Origin: a virus
IMG/VR virus record: IMGVR_UViG_3300033149_002604
Span: 32,914 to 96,913 of that record
Strand: one strand, 5' to 3'
Length of the DNA stretch: 64,000 bases
Part shown: positions 46,324 to 56,297 of the stretch, in pieces
Layout of the letters: each line of letters starts with the position of its first letter
How positions within the stretch are numbered: position 1 is the stretch's first letter
Made by a program: the position numbers and the translations under genes
Notes under the pieces: generated by a model
Seen by the model: the letters and a program-made list of their open reading frames with translations, nothing else
Database searches by the model: none
Told to the model about the DNA's origin: nothing

Positions 46324-47094
46324 CTATTCTAAATTACACTCTTTAATGATTCTATTTTTAGCTAGTTCACAATAACTTTTGTCTATCTCAATTCCGATAC
46401 CAATTCTGTTGTTTAAATAAGCGGCAATTAGGGTAGAACCGCTTCCTAAAAAGGGGTCTAATACGGTATCACCTACAAAACTGAATAGCTTGATACATCT
46501 TTTAGGTAATTCTAATGGAAATGGCGCAGGATGACCGATTTTCTTTTTGCTTTCACCAGAAAAGGTCCATAACCCATTTGTCCACTCCATAAATTCTTCC
46601 TTAGAAATATCTGATTTCTTTGAGCCAGAGGTTTTCTTCCATCGCTCCTTATACAAGATTACAATCAATTCAACAGGGGCAATTACATACGGAGCTGAGG
46701 CACTCAGCCATGAGCCCCAAGCAGTTCTCCTCGAAATATTCCCCTCATTCCAAACTATGGTCGAATGATACTTGAAGCCAACTTCTTTTGCAATAATTGT
46801 CAAGTCGGCTCCAACGCTTTGTTGTCCCCCTTTGTTCTTATCCAAAGGGATATTCAAGCAAAATCGTCCATCTTTTTTTAGCCAGTTATAACAGTTAGTC
46901 ATCCATTTTCTTGAAAAATCTAGATATTCCCCGTATGACATACTGTCTGAATGGGAATTGTACTTAATATCTACATTATAAGGAGGAGATGTTATAATTA
47001 AATCAATACATTCTTTGTCCAAAAGACTTGGTACTAAAGTGCTTTGGTTTATTACCTTCAATCGTTCTTTATAGTTCCAAAAGGTATTATCCAT
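46324..47094 (-). CDS. DNA amino-methyltransferase, beta class (SPPY; likely N4-cytosine)
   Basis: ITSPPYN, HPAPFP, VLDPFLGSGST. Confidence 0.93.
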   Translation of the reverse strand: MDNTFWNYKERLKVINQSTLVPSLLDKECIDLIITSPPYNVDIKYNSHSDSMSYGEYLDFSRKWMTNCYNWLKKDGRFCLNIPLDKNKGGQQSVGADLTIIAKEVGFKYHSTIVWNEGNISRRTAWGSWLSASAPYVIAPVELIVILYKERWKKTSGSKKSDISKEEFMEWTNGLWTFSGESKKKIGHPAPFPLELPKRCIKLFSFVGDTVLDPFLGSGSTLIAAYLNNRIGIGIEIDKSYCELAKNRIIKECNLE

Positions 47095-47117
47095 AGACTA
47101 TATCCTAAACTATATTC

Positions 47118-48080
47118 TTAGCAAGAAAAGGTGGGGAAATTTGAACTGGAACGGGATTTTGGTTGTTCTTCTTTCCATCCTTTCCATCCCCTTGCCCATT
47201 CTCTCAAGGCAGAATGGATTTGGATGATTATTTCAGATACGTCTTCTGTATATAGTTCTTTTACACAAACTTTCCTATCGTCTTTAAAATCTTGGCCTTG
47301 AAGGTAAATTTCCTTTTCCTTTGGACGAATCATTGGATACATACACGACATAACCTTCCAGCCATTACTTGCTGTGAATCTCAAAAGTTTATCCTGCGCC
47401 CTGAATCTTTCATCCATGTAGAAGATTGAAAATACCAAATGACCATTTAGTTCAAACAGTGTATATCTTAACTTTTCTTCACCCATGACCTTACCCCTTT
47501 CTATTTTCGTCTTGTTGAAAATGTATAGACTTTCTATCCATTCATAAATATTTTCATACCATTTTGTAAACTTATCTAGGTATGTTTCTGTCCATTCCAT
47601 TTTTGACTGCATCGGAATTAACCAATTACTAAAGAGTGAAGGGTTGGCTATATAAAAACAATCCACTGACACATCATAACCGTCACAGAATACAATTGAT
47701 TCTAGGGTAAAAAAGACTGGGATATAAAATGAATCAATTTGGAAGTAAGAAGGGATTTCTATGTCTGTATAGTCTTTCATATTACCTGACGGACCAAATA
47801 GTGGGGAAATATGCATACCGGCCTTAAGGTCCTGTCTTCTAATGGGAATTTTAATCCTTCCACCTTTGGCGTCATCCACCCCGATTTCAAATTCAACTTC
47901 TTGTTCTACAGGTTCTTCTTTACAACATAAACCTGTAGCGGTATAGTTAAACTTGAATTTGTGGTTGTAAAGGGGGGACACAATCCGGAAAGGATCAGTT
48001 TTAAATACTTTATCTCCTATCAAGTAACCTTCAAAGAATCCAAAATTTCCACTTTCTCGTGAATAAATTATGTGACACAT
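47118..48080 (-). CDS. Hypothetical protein (paralogue of 55689-56285 plus extra C-terminal domain)
   Basis: Shared HISP...F.IPV.F...DG.DVSV..F.I..P..F motif; GGAGG RBS. Confidence 0.7.
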   Translation of the reverse strand: MCHIIYSRESGNFGFFEGYLIGDKVFKTDPFRIVSPLYNHKFKFNYTATGLCCKEEPVEQEVEFEIGVDDAKGGRIKIPIRRQDLKAGMHISPLFGPSGNMKDYTDIEIPSYFQIDSFYIPVFFTLESIVFCDGYDVSVDCFYIANPSLFSNWLIPMQSKMEWTETYLDKFTKWYENIYEWIESLYIFNKTKIERGKVMGEEKLRYTLFELNGHLVFSIFYMDERFRAQDKLLRFTASNGWKVMSCMYPMIRPKEKEIYLQGQDFKDDRKVCVKELYTEDVSEIIIQIHSALREWARGWKGWKEEQPKSRSSSNFPTFSC

Positions 48081-48330
48081 AATAAATTTCCTCCGTTTTT
48101 CTTTGATTTTCTTCGATTTGTCCTATTTAAGTAGTTAAATCTATAACTTACAAACCAGCCAAAATGAAAAGTCACGGCGAAGGGAAATTTTACGATCTGG
48201 CTAACATATTAATCTGAATAAGAAATTCCCGATCCCGATTATGGCTGATTATAACCGATTAGACGAAAATAAGTCCCAAAAGCTATATTGTAGCTACATT
48301 TTCCAATTTCCCTAGTGATTCTTATTTCAC

Positions 48331-48711
48331 TCAAGATTTTACATTTTCTTCCTTCTTCCAAATCCCATCCTCATAGTATTCTATCTTTAGGTTTTGTGGC
48401 TGCATCATTTCATCAATTAGTTGGTCAAGGGTTTTCCTTGTTAAAATTTCATTAACCCTTCTTGCGTGCCATATTTTAAACCTTGGATGGTTTACCAAGT
48501 TGGTAAGAGCCTCCTTTATGTTTGATTTTCTATCTCTATTAGATTGTCCTGTAACCAGTACACCTGAAGCAATATGGTATAGGCGCACACAGTTCTTTTT
48601 TCTATTTCTATATTGCCCCCCAGAACCGGTTCCAGAAAAGAAGTCTATCTTAAAGTCTTTTTTGGTTATAGAGAATAACAGTTCGGCTTTTTTATCAAAT
48701 TTCATATCCAT
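48331..48711 (-). CDS. GGQ peptidyl-tRNA hydrolase domain protein (RF-1 domain; ArfB/PrfH-like); likely start 48711
   Basis: FSGTGSGGQYRNRKKNCVRLYHIASG...QSNRDRKSN. Confidence 0.85.
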   Translation of the reverse strand: MDMKFDKKAELLFSITKKDFKIDFFSGTGSGGQYRNRKKNCVRLYHIASGVLVTGQSNRDRKSNIKEALTNLVNHPRFKIWHARRVNEILTRKTLDQLIDEMMQPQNLKIEYYEDGIWKKEENVKS

Positions 48712-48961
48712 ATTGGTACCTTCCACATTCAGGACAGTATGGCCCTTCTGGGGTGATATAAAATAGCTCGTTTCCACAGTCACAGAACCAATGGGGTGTG
48801 TCCCGTTCGCATGGGTGGAGGAACCTTCCCTTTCGGAGTTTACAGGAGGGACAGGTTAGCCATTTGGTTCCTACAGAGGCAGTTGCCTTCCATTGATATC
48901 CACAACTCAGACAGCGTGCCTTTCCCTCTAAATGGCCATGCAGGTGGATTACCTTCCCCAT
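48695..48961 (-). CDS. Small Cys-rich zinc-binding protein
   Basis: Multiple CxxC pairs. Confidence 0.65.
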   Translation of the reverse strand: MGKVIHLHGHLEGKARCLSCGYQWKATASVGTKWLTCPSCKLRKGRFLHPCERDTPHWFCDCGNELFYITPEGPYCPECGRYQYGYEI

Positions 48962-49251
48962 TTGGAATTACCTTTGTTTATTTTAAAGAAAGAATGTGAC
49001 AGTCTTCTGTAATACAAGATAAATACTATTGGTTCATTTGTCAAGACCTTTAGTTGATTTTTTCTAAAGATTTGTTGTTGTAGGTTTATACTTTCTACAT
49101 AGATTCGCTTGTTCCCCATGTAAAGTTTGCATGGTTCCTGTTGGGATTTAGACCCCATTTGGAAAAATTGCAAAATTTTGTTGGGGTGTTAGTTACACGC
49201 CCCCCCGCCCACCTATCGGGACAACCTCCCCGTTTTTGGTATGGGGTTATT

Positions 49252-49468
49252 CCTAGCAAATCACTATGAATATATCATACTGAAATACCATGAAATATTC
49301 CCTACTAAAGTAATATGATACATTCATACTAAATCAGTATGGAATATCCCTACCAGAATAGTATGGATATATCATACCATTTTACTATGAACTTATCATA
49401 CTATTCTACTATGATTGTATCATACCAAAATACTATGATTATACCATATCAAAATAGTATAGATCCAC
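49252..49468. repeat. Nine degenerate 24-bp tandem units, each an imperfect CATAC-N7-GTATG palindrome
   Basis: Units start at 49252, 49276, 49301, 49325, 49349, 49373, 49397, 49421, 49445. Confidence 0.85.
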
Positions 49469-49515
49469 TAAGTCACCATGCCAATTCCTTGTGGTGAAAA
49501 GAACACACTACGTTT

Positions 49516-49576
49516 GTAAGTGTTTGAATCTACTAGCAAACCCATTTTGCACGTAAGTGTTTGAATCCATTAGCAA
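49516..49576 (+). repeat. Direct repeat GTAAGTGTTTGAATCYAYTAGCAA (two copies)
   Basis: 49516-49539 and 49553-49576, 22/24 identical. Confidence 0.8.
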
Positions 49577-49754
49577 TTTGGCCTATTGTGGCCTTTTTGC
49601 CACAGGAAAAGCCCAAATGTGTGTCAAAAACACCACAAACAATACATTGCCGAAAAGGAATACATAGGAATATCAACCACTTATGGTATACATGACTTTG
49701 TGGCATGCGATATGCATGTAAGAAGGGTAAAGACTATGAAAGGAGGAAACAATT

Positions 49755-49958
49755 ATGACAGAGGCGAAATTTAGGCAATCCACCACTTTTGCGGGATGCC
49801 TCGGTGAGAGGATACCCTGTGTGGTGTGCCCCAACTGTGGGGCACACCTGGACCCGGATGAGCTTCTCTGGCCGGAGCCGGGGAAGGGAGCAGATTCTAG
49901 GCCTGGGCTAATGTGCCCCAGGTGCGCGTTCGTCGAGGCCTGGGACTGCGAGGATTAA
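49755..49958 (+). CDS. Small zinc-ribbon protein, GC-rich
   Basis: CPNC...CPRC; AGGAGG RBS. Confidence 0.7.
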   Translation: MTEAKFRQSTTFAGCLGERIPCVVCPNCGAHLDPDELLWPEPGKGADSRPGLMCPRCAFVEAWDCED

Positions 49959-49962
49959 CCTT

Positions 49963-50000
49963 AACCCCATAGGGAACTAATCCCTATGGGGTTTTTGTTT
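49963..50000 (+). terminator. Rho-independent terminator
   Basis: AACCCCATAGGGA-ACTAA-TCCCTATGGGGTT followed by TTTGTTT. Confidence 0.85.
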
Positions 50001-50102
50001 GGAGGTAAGACAATGAAAAGACTATGTTTGCTTTATATAGTGATACCCATAATTGTAGTGTCAGGAATTTGTATTTCATACCTTTATATATAGGAGGGAA
50101 AA

Positions 50103-50312
50103 ATGGATCTGAAAAAAGCCCTACACGAATTTAAAAAATACGCAGCTGCTAATGACTGCGTTGTGAAGGTCTATGGCGATTATGCATACAGATCAAAGAG
50201 ATATCAGCAAAATCCACCACGGGGGAGAATAATTAAGTTAAAAGGAATAAAAGACAATCAACTCATAATCTTTGACTCTAAAAAAGGAATAGTATCAATA
50301 GAAATTAGATAA
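50103..50312 (+). CDS. Hypothetical protein
   Basis: GGAGG RBS. Confidence 0.65.
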   Translation: MDLKKALHEFKKYAAANDCVVKVYGDYAYRSKRYQQNPPRGRIIKLKGIKDNQLIIFDSKKGIVSIEIR

Positions 50313-50326
50313 TAGGAGGGTAAATC

Positions 50327-50830
50327 ATGGAAAAGTACGAAAAAACAGACTATAGAGGAATTGACTACGGCCTAGGACAATCTAACGTTGACCGTGAGAC
50401 CGGAATTAGGTACGGCGTTATACCCGTTAGCCATGTACCTGGCTTTTGGGATTGCGCCGAACCGGTTTATTATTATGTCTGCCCAGAGTGCGGCCATGAG
50501 TTTGGTCATGATTATCCAGAAGCTGAAAAATGTCCTGAGTGTGAACATGAGATTACGGATTATGACTTTGAGGGGATGGAGCCCGTCTATTGGGAATATT
50601 CGGATAAGGAATATACCCTGGTGACGGATGGAGATTGCGTTGATCTATTCATTCTCAAGTCTCCTTGCTATACATATGCTCAATTTTGTAGTCCTTGTGC
50701 GCCTGGGGCTTGTTACTTACCTTGTCCATTAAGTGAAAAGACAAGGGCAAATAAATGCTATTGTCTCGATGCGAGTTGGTTCGATGGTGAAGCTCCTTAC
50801 GAGTATTGGAAACTAAGAAAACAAGACTAA
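50327..50830 (+). CDS. Cys-rich hypothetical protein
   Basis: ETGIRYGVI, CPEC twice, CSPCAPGACYL; GGAGG RBS. Confidence 0.75.
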   Translation: MEKYEKTDYRGIDYGLGQSNVDRETGIRYGVIPVSHVPGFWDCAEPVYYYVCPECGHEFGHDYPEAEKCPECEHEITDYDFEGMEPVYWEYSDKEYTLVTDGDCVDLFILKSPCYTYAQFCSPCAPGACYLPCPLSEKTRANKCYCLDASWFDGEAPYEYWKLRKQD

Positions 50831-50840
50831 ACCTAGAAAA

Positions 50841-50869
50841 TTGACAAAAACTAGGCCAAGCTTTAAGCT
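50841..50869 (+). promoter_or_regulatory. Sigma70-like promoter
   Basis: TTGACA-N17-TAAGCT in intergenic DNA. Confidence 0.55.
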
Positions 50870-50987
50870 ATGTCTTATATCTCTAATAATTCCAACTACT
50901 TACATAACAGAATTAGCATAAAGATATAAAGATATCAAGATATCAAGAAAACAAGAAATAAAGATATCAAGAAAGGAGACTAAGGAA

Positions 50988-51188
50988 ATGAAAGAGTACA
51001 AACTAAGTAATGGTGAGAAATTCTGGCAAGAGGACGGTTACATCTTTTTCGAAAAAGAAGGTAAAATAGACTACTCTTGCCCTCAAACTCTAGCTTCGGG
51101 TTACTTGGATTATCGGTATACCCACGGCAGCAAGTTATATCAAGAAGCTTGTGAAATTATTTGGAGAGAGGAGGCAAAAAATGTTTAA
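50988..51188 (+). CDS. Hypothetical protein
   Basis: AAGGAG RBS. Confidence 0.65.
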   Translation: MKEYKLSNGEKFWQEDGYIFFEKEGKIDYSCPQTLASGYLDYRYTHGSKLYQEACEIIWREEAKNV

Positions 51189-51321
51189 ACTATGGATTAT
51201 ATCTCTATGTAAGACTGGCTATATAATAGATCTAAATGCCGAAACCTTAGCACTATACACTTATGCAAGAATAGTGCTATAATGGCCTTAGCCTTATAAT
51301 GGCCTTAAACCTATAACGATA

Positions 51322-51672
51322 ATGGGGAGGTTAAAAATGAAAAGAGAAAACAGAAAATACAAGATTGAAAAAGCAGAATGGAGGGAGTTTGAGGGATTTT
51401 ATAATCCCCCATTGGTAATCGAATATAAAGGAAAACGTGCGCCTATATCTGCGGGATATGGTGATGATATAGAAGTATTCAGAGACAGTAATGACTTTGT
51501 TATTTTAACCACAAGGGAAAACCTAGGTTATGCTGGAATAGAGGTTTTTGACGAAAACTTAACAAAGATAGGTGAGGTTTTTATACAAAACGTTGATGAG
51601 GAGATAGGGCAAAAATTTTGGGATTATTCTTCTAATTATCAGGCTAAAATTTTGGTAAATTACCTTGTGTAA
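51322..51672 (+). CDS. Hypothetical protein
   Basis: GGAGG RBS before the internal ATG. Confidence 0.65.
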   Translation: MGRLKMKRENRKYKIEKAEWREFEGFYNPPLVIEYKGKRAPISAGYGDDIEVFRDSNDFVILTTRENLGYAGIEVFDENLTKIGEVFIQNVDEEIGQKFWDYSSNYQAKILVNYLV

Positions 51673-51764
51673 AATGATTGAATTACTAGCAATAGAAATA
51701 GTTGGCCTTGGTGCATTTTTGGCAGTATTTGCCTTAATCTTTTAATAAATATGGAGGTAATATA

Positions 51765-52031
51765 ATGAATATTGAGCTATACCATGACAAAAGTAACAGG
51801 TTTGCCGACCCTTGGACACTACTCATTGATAATGACATTTACACTATGTCTGATAATCCACTATCCCCACAAGGCGTTAATATGTTTTTCTCAACCCTTG
51901 ACACTAAAAACAAAGCAGAGCAAGCAATGGTCGAATTCATTAAAGAACAAGAGAGGGTTGAAATAATGGAAGCTCCACAAGAAATAAGAAAAGCAATTTT
52001 ATATCGGCTTGCAGATTATTTAGGAGGTTAA
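51765..52031 (+). CDS. Hypothetical protein
   Basis: GGAGGT RBS; MSDNPLSPQGVNMF motif. Confidence 0.7.
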   Translation: MNIELYHDKSNRFADPWTLLIDNDIYTMSDNPLSPQGVNMFFSTLDTKNKAEQAMVEFIKEQERVEIMEAPQEIRKAILYRLADYLGG

Positions 52032-52094
52032 AATAATGGGATACACAAGAGATGTAAAATAGATGAAACAACAATTTTCAAAGGAGGGTTAAAA

Positions 52095-52631
52095 ATGAGA
52101 GATTACGATAGTGTTAAAAATCAGGAGATTAAAAGGCGATTCGTAGAGAGGGAAGTGATTTACAATGTATCAACGTTGATTTATGAACTTGCAAAAAAAG
52201 CAGAGGTGCTAGATTCTGAGGACTATGAGGAATTAATGAGAATTATAGAGAAACCCGATTATGAAACAGCGGTTGAAGATGATCCTAATTGCCACGTACA
52301 ATATAGCAAAAAGCTAGATGGCTACGTATGGATAAATAAAGATACCCACGAAATATCAGAATCTTTTGGCACATATGATGAAGCTTGTGAGGGCTGTGTA
52401 CAAGCAAACGGATTAGATTATGACTATTTAGAGATATACGAACATTGGATCGTAAGCGACTTTTTGGCTAGAAAATTAAAAGCATACGGAGAAGCAGTTG
52501 GGGAGATTTTAGGCTTGACAGTTTGGGGACGTGCTACAACTGGTCAAGCTATCTATCTAGATTATGTTATTTCAAGAATCTGTGAGGATCTAGAAATATT
52601 AGAAGGACAGAGGTATGAATGGGAAGTATAA
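52095..52631 (+). CDS. Acidic hypothetical phage protein
   Basis: EIYEHWIVSDFLA...WGRATTGQAIYLD; AAGGAGG RBS. Confidence 0.75.
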   Translation: MRDYDSVKNQEIKRRFVEREVIYNVSTLIYELAKKAEVLDSEDYEELMRIIEKPDYETAVEDDPNCHVQYSKKLDGYVWINKDTHEISESFGTYDEACEGCVQANGLDYDYLEIYEHWIVSDFLARKLKAYGEAVGEILGLTVWGRATTGQAIYLDYVISRICEDLEILEGQRYEWEV

Positions 52632-52867
52632 GATTTAAAAGGAGGGGAGTCATGAGATATATAATCAGGGTGTCCCCACAAGGTCATTTAACTACACACC
52701 TTGCCGGACAAAAGCCAATACATCCGTATCAAGAAAAATGGCAAGTGTTAGTAACTATAAAAGATCGTAAGGAAAGGGGGATTTTTTGGATAGTGCAACA
52801 TGCTTATCAGGCAATTTTACGAGTATATAATGTATAAGCTGAGAAATCAGGACAAGGGAGGTTCAAA

Positions 52868-53197
52868 ATGCTTAACTTAAAAGGTGTTCCAATTGGACTA
52901 AAGGCGTATATGGACCAAAAAGAAATGAAAGATCATCTTGTAAATAAGATGAAAGAATGGCAAAAGCAAGGATTTTCTGATAATGAAGTGAAGCAGGCAA
53001 TCATAACAAAATGCAGGCCATTAGTCTATGGCTATTACTGGCATAGATACCCAGACGCTAGCCAGACATTACACAAGGTCTTAATGGAGCTAAATATGCC
53101 AATAGAGACAAAACTACCAAAGAAAACAAAGACTTCAGCTAACAGAAAAAGAAAATCTAGGAAAACCAATAACTTTATAGAACAGTTTATGAAGTAG
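52868..53197 (+). CDS. Hypothetical protein
   Basis: GGAGGT RBS. Confidence 0.65.
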   Translation: MLNLKGVPIGLKAYMDQKEMKDHLVNKMKEWQKQGFSDNEVKQAIITKCRPLVYGYYWHRYPDASQTLHKVLMELNMPIETKLPKKTKTSANRKRKSRKTNNFIEQFMK

Positions 53198-53206
53198 GAG
53201 GCAATA

Positions 53207-53857
53207 ATGGAAACCTATTTCGTCAAAGATTATAATTTACCTGTTTGCAAGTATAGAGGGAAAGCAGAGAATATTAAATATCCATGCTACGCTTCCATCA
53301 AATTTGATGGTGAATTAACTTATATAATTAACCTTGATAATAAATGTTTTACTGTAAACAAAGATAAATACGGCAGGATAAGAAAGAATTACCCAGTTAC
53401 AGAAGAATTTAAAAAGCTCAATTTACCAAAGGGAATTTATTTAGGTGAATTATTCTGGAATGAAGGCAGGACAAAAGAAGATTTTTATGGTTTTCTGTCC
53501 CATAAAACTGATGATAATCTGAACTTAGCTATTTGGGGAATTTTGCAGCTAAAAGATAAGATTGACATATCAACCGAAGACACCTATAATTTCCTTGAAA
53601 AAATCCCGAATCAAGAGCATGTTATTGTAGCCCCATACATAAAACTGTATAATGAATCTGAGCTGAAATTGTTTGCTGAGAGTATAATTGATAGTGGATA
53701 TGAAGGGGTTGTGATCAGAAACATGGATGCAGTTTATAGAAATGGGCAGTCTGTAAAATGGACCAAGATAAAGAAAAAAGAAAGAGAAGTAAAAGAAAAG
53801 ACGAAAAATGGAGCAAAAATCAACTTCAAGTTAGAAAAATACGGTGTTTGGTTATAG
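53207..53857 (+). CDS. ATP-dependent DNA ligase adenylation domain (no OB domain)
   Basis: Motif I KFDGE, III YLGEL, IV EGVVIR, V WTKIK. Confidence 0.8.
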   Translation: METYFVKDYNLPVCKYRGKAENIKYPCYASIKFDGELTYIINLDNKCFTVNKDKYGRIRKNYPVTEEFKKLNLPKGIYLGELFWNEGRTKEDFYGFLSHKTDDNLNLAIWGILQLKDKIDISTEDTYNFLEKIPNQEHVIVAPYIKLYNESELKLFAESIIDSGYEGVVIRNMDAVYRNGQSVKWTKIKKKEREVKEKTKNGAKINFKLEKYGVWL

Positions 53858-54122
53858 GAGGGAACAAATGGATATAATTGGTGGAATTATTCTCTTTGCT
53901 GGAATCCTAATAATGGGATCTGATGGACAATGGTTCCCTTACGTCAACGTTGTAGGAATAATGGTTACATTAGTTGGAGTGTACATCATTAACAGATATG
54001 ACAAGGAGGGATGAAATGAAAGAAAAGAGACTTTGGTGGGATGTTGATCAGGACATTGTGCGGGCGGTGATCAACGTTTTCTAATCGGCAAGAGGCCTTC
54101 AGGCCCATAAAGGAGGAAAAGC

Positions 54123-54530
54123 ATGGAAAAACAAAAATATAAACTTCCTGGCGTCAATATAGAAGTAGAAGTAAGAACTTTCAACGACCAAAAGATTACA
54201 TGTCCATCCATATCTGGATGGGACGGCTTCCGCCTAGATAAGCGGATACTCATTTTCCAAAATGGCACTCACGTTGCTTCCTTCCATCATACTGCAGGAG
54301 CATACGCTGCCCCTTATGAAGGAAGCTGGGACGGATTACGTCTCACAGAAAAATTTCTTAACAAAAAATTCATAGAAATCAATAAAGAAAAACTACAAGG
54401 AACTACAGAAATAATCCCCTATGAGGGAATAAAATTATTTCTACAAAACAATAATATCATTGGACTGGCCACATACCAGAGGTCCAATGATAAAGAAATC
54501 TGGAAATTTTACGAATTAAAAGGAGGCTAG
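54123..54530 (+). CDS. Hypothetical protein
   Basis: AAGGAGG RBS. Confidence 0.7.
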   Translation: MEKQKYKLPGVNIEVEVRTFNDQKITCPSISGWDGFRLDKRILIFQNGTHVASFHHTAGAYAAPYEGSWDGLRLTEKFLNKKFIEINKEKLQGTTEIIPYEGIKLFLQNNNIIGLATYQRSNDKEIWKFYELKGG

Positions 54531-54699
54531 AAATGGATAACCTAGATATATTTCAAGAAATTGTAAGAAAGTTGTCTAGTCATGGGAGAGACATAGCAAG
54601 AAACTTCTTTATTGGTATATTATCTGCCGAAGTACCACCCGAAATTTGGGATAATGCAATTAGAACGTTAGAGAGAATGATTAACGAATATGAAGTAAA

Positions 54700-54939
54700 A
54701 TGAAAGGAGGAGTTATAATGAAGAAAAAATGGAAAACTAATTGTCCCCTTGGCGCAAAAGATTTTGACTCCCTTCTGCAAATGATTGCAGATGGGGAACA
54801 TGACATAAATGTACCCGCAGTAGCAAAAGAACTAGGTCTTGAAGGGAATTTCAATTGGGATGAAATCAGCTTTCTGATTCAAAATAATGAAATCACTGCG
54901 GATGAAGTAGACAAAATAATTCATCGCACTTTACGATAG
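54700..54939 (+). CDS. Hypothetical protein
   Basis: AGGAGG RBS before the internal ATG. Confidence 0.6.
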   Translation: MKGGVIMKKKWKTNCPLGAKDFDSLLQMIADGEHDINVPAVAKELGLEGNFNWDEISFLIQNNEITADEVDKIIHRTLR

Positions 54940-55198
54940 AGTAAATGAGGAGGAGGTAAAAATGAAATACTACGGATATGTAAATGACTGGGTATGGTGT
55001 GGTGTTCCACCAAAGGTTCAAGAATGCTTTGATCAGGAACACAAATTGACCCGAAAGGAAATAGGAAAATGTCTATATAGGGTTGAATGTCCTATCTGCA
55101 AATATTATTACCATGAAGACAGTTCAGATTGAAAAACACTTTTTTGTATTGACATTGCAAATATAATGGTTATCTTGGTATAACCGTGGAGCCTTAAA

Positions 55199-55699
55199 AT
55201 GAAAAAATCAAGTATCTTCATAAACTTATCTACAGGGATTGAATTCCTGCCAGCAATCCCACCAGACAAAAATATCCATTTCATCAGGATTCAATCAACT
55301 TGGTGTGAACAGAAACGATGGAATGATATAATTGCAGATCTGGACTATACATTTCTAATGCACCTTGCACTGGGTTATAAGTGTATAGTCTACGACTGTT
55401 CAAGACGAAAGATGTCTAGGGCATTATGGCAAGGAATTCCTTGGATAAAATACGTTCTTGACAGGATGTGGTTTGGTAGAAACTCTAAAGCAAAAGTTAA
55501 AAATTGGGATGTAACTAATTATTTTGACAACCAATTTCAAACACTAACAGAACGGACTAAAACCAAGGTGAAATACTTTAAGAAGTTTTTACTAACAGAC
55601 AGGATTGATATAGAAATATACGGAAAGGTTTCACAATATGATGGAAAATATGATGAACTGAAAGAAATCTTGAGAAAGGAGAGGGCCAATGTGTCATGA
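55199..55699 (+). CDS. Hypothetical protein
   Basis: FINLSTGIE...FIRIQSTWCEQKRW; TTGACA upstream at 55149. Confidence 0.75.
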   Translation: MKKSSIFINLSTGIEFLPAIPPDKNIHFIRIQSTWCEQKRWNDIIADLDYTFLMHLALGYKCIVYDCSRRKMSRALWQGIPWIKYVLDRMWFGRNSKAKVKNWDVTNYFDNQFQTLTERTKTKVKYFKKFLLTDRIDIEIYGKVSQYDGKYDELKEILRKERANVS

Positions 55700-56285
55700 A
55701 ATATGGAGCCAGAAGGATATTGTATATTTAGAGTTGCCCATCTATCAAAAGACTCTGGTTGGACAAAAGATTATGACAATATGGTTCCACAATAATAAAG
55801 CATATTTACGATCTAGATACCGCCAAACACCTTTCAAACTTGTAGAAGAAGAGAAGGGAATAACAGCCGTTGGAGGAGTGCAACCACAAGACGTTGCTTT
55901 CTACTTCTGGACAGATCGTGGTATATATAGAACGCAAGTTAAACCTATTCCGTGTGGCTTTCATATCTCACCATTTACGACAATCAACAAAATATACTTA
56001 CGTCCATTCATCTCCATTGGTACTCAGACAGAGGCTATTTTTCACATACCAGTAGTTTTCCACCGGAAAGACGTTCTATTGTTTGATGGTAGAGACGTAA
56101 GCGTTTCACAATTTACAATTCCAACACCAAAGATTTTCACACATATACTCAAAAGGATTTATACACTTTCTCATTCTGAATGGAAGAGGAACCTTGACAC
56201 AGAAGAGATAATGAAAAAATATGAGACAGCCTATAATAAAATCCTAGAAGGAATAGAAAACAAAGGTTATAGTTCTAAAATGTAA
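55689..56285 (+). CDS. Hypothetical protein (paralogue of 47118-48080)
   Basis: Shared motif; both proteins begin MCH. Confidence 0.7.
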   Translation: MCHEIWSQKDIVYLELPIYQKTLVGQKIMTIWFHNNKAYLRSRYRQTPFKLVEEEKGITAVGGVQPQDVAFYFWTDRGIYRTQVKPIPCGFHISPFTTINKIYLRPFISIGTQTEAIFHIPVVFHRKDVLLFDGRDVSVSQFTIPTPKIFTHILKRIYTLSHSEWKRNLDTEEIMKKYETAYNKILEGIENKGYSSKM

Positions 56286-56297
56286 GGAGGAAGACTA

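Noticed and set aside
48081-48330. tRNA or known ncRNA in the intergenic gap
   Set aside because: No cloverleaf or recognisable conserved motif found by eye
152-48999. Numerous short plus-strand ORFs in the structural block (and minus-strand ORFs in the early block)
   Set aside because: Antisense shadows of real genes, without RBS or recognisable motifs
49252-49468. CRISPR array
   Set aside because: Period is only 24 bp with no identical repeats or unique 30-40 bp spacers; no cas genes
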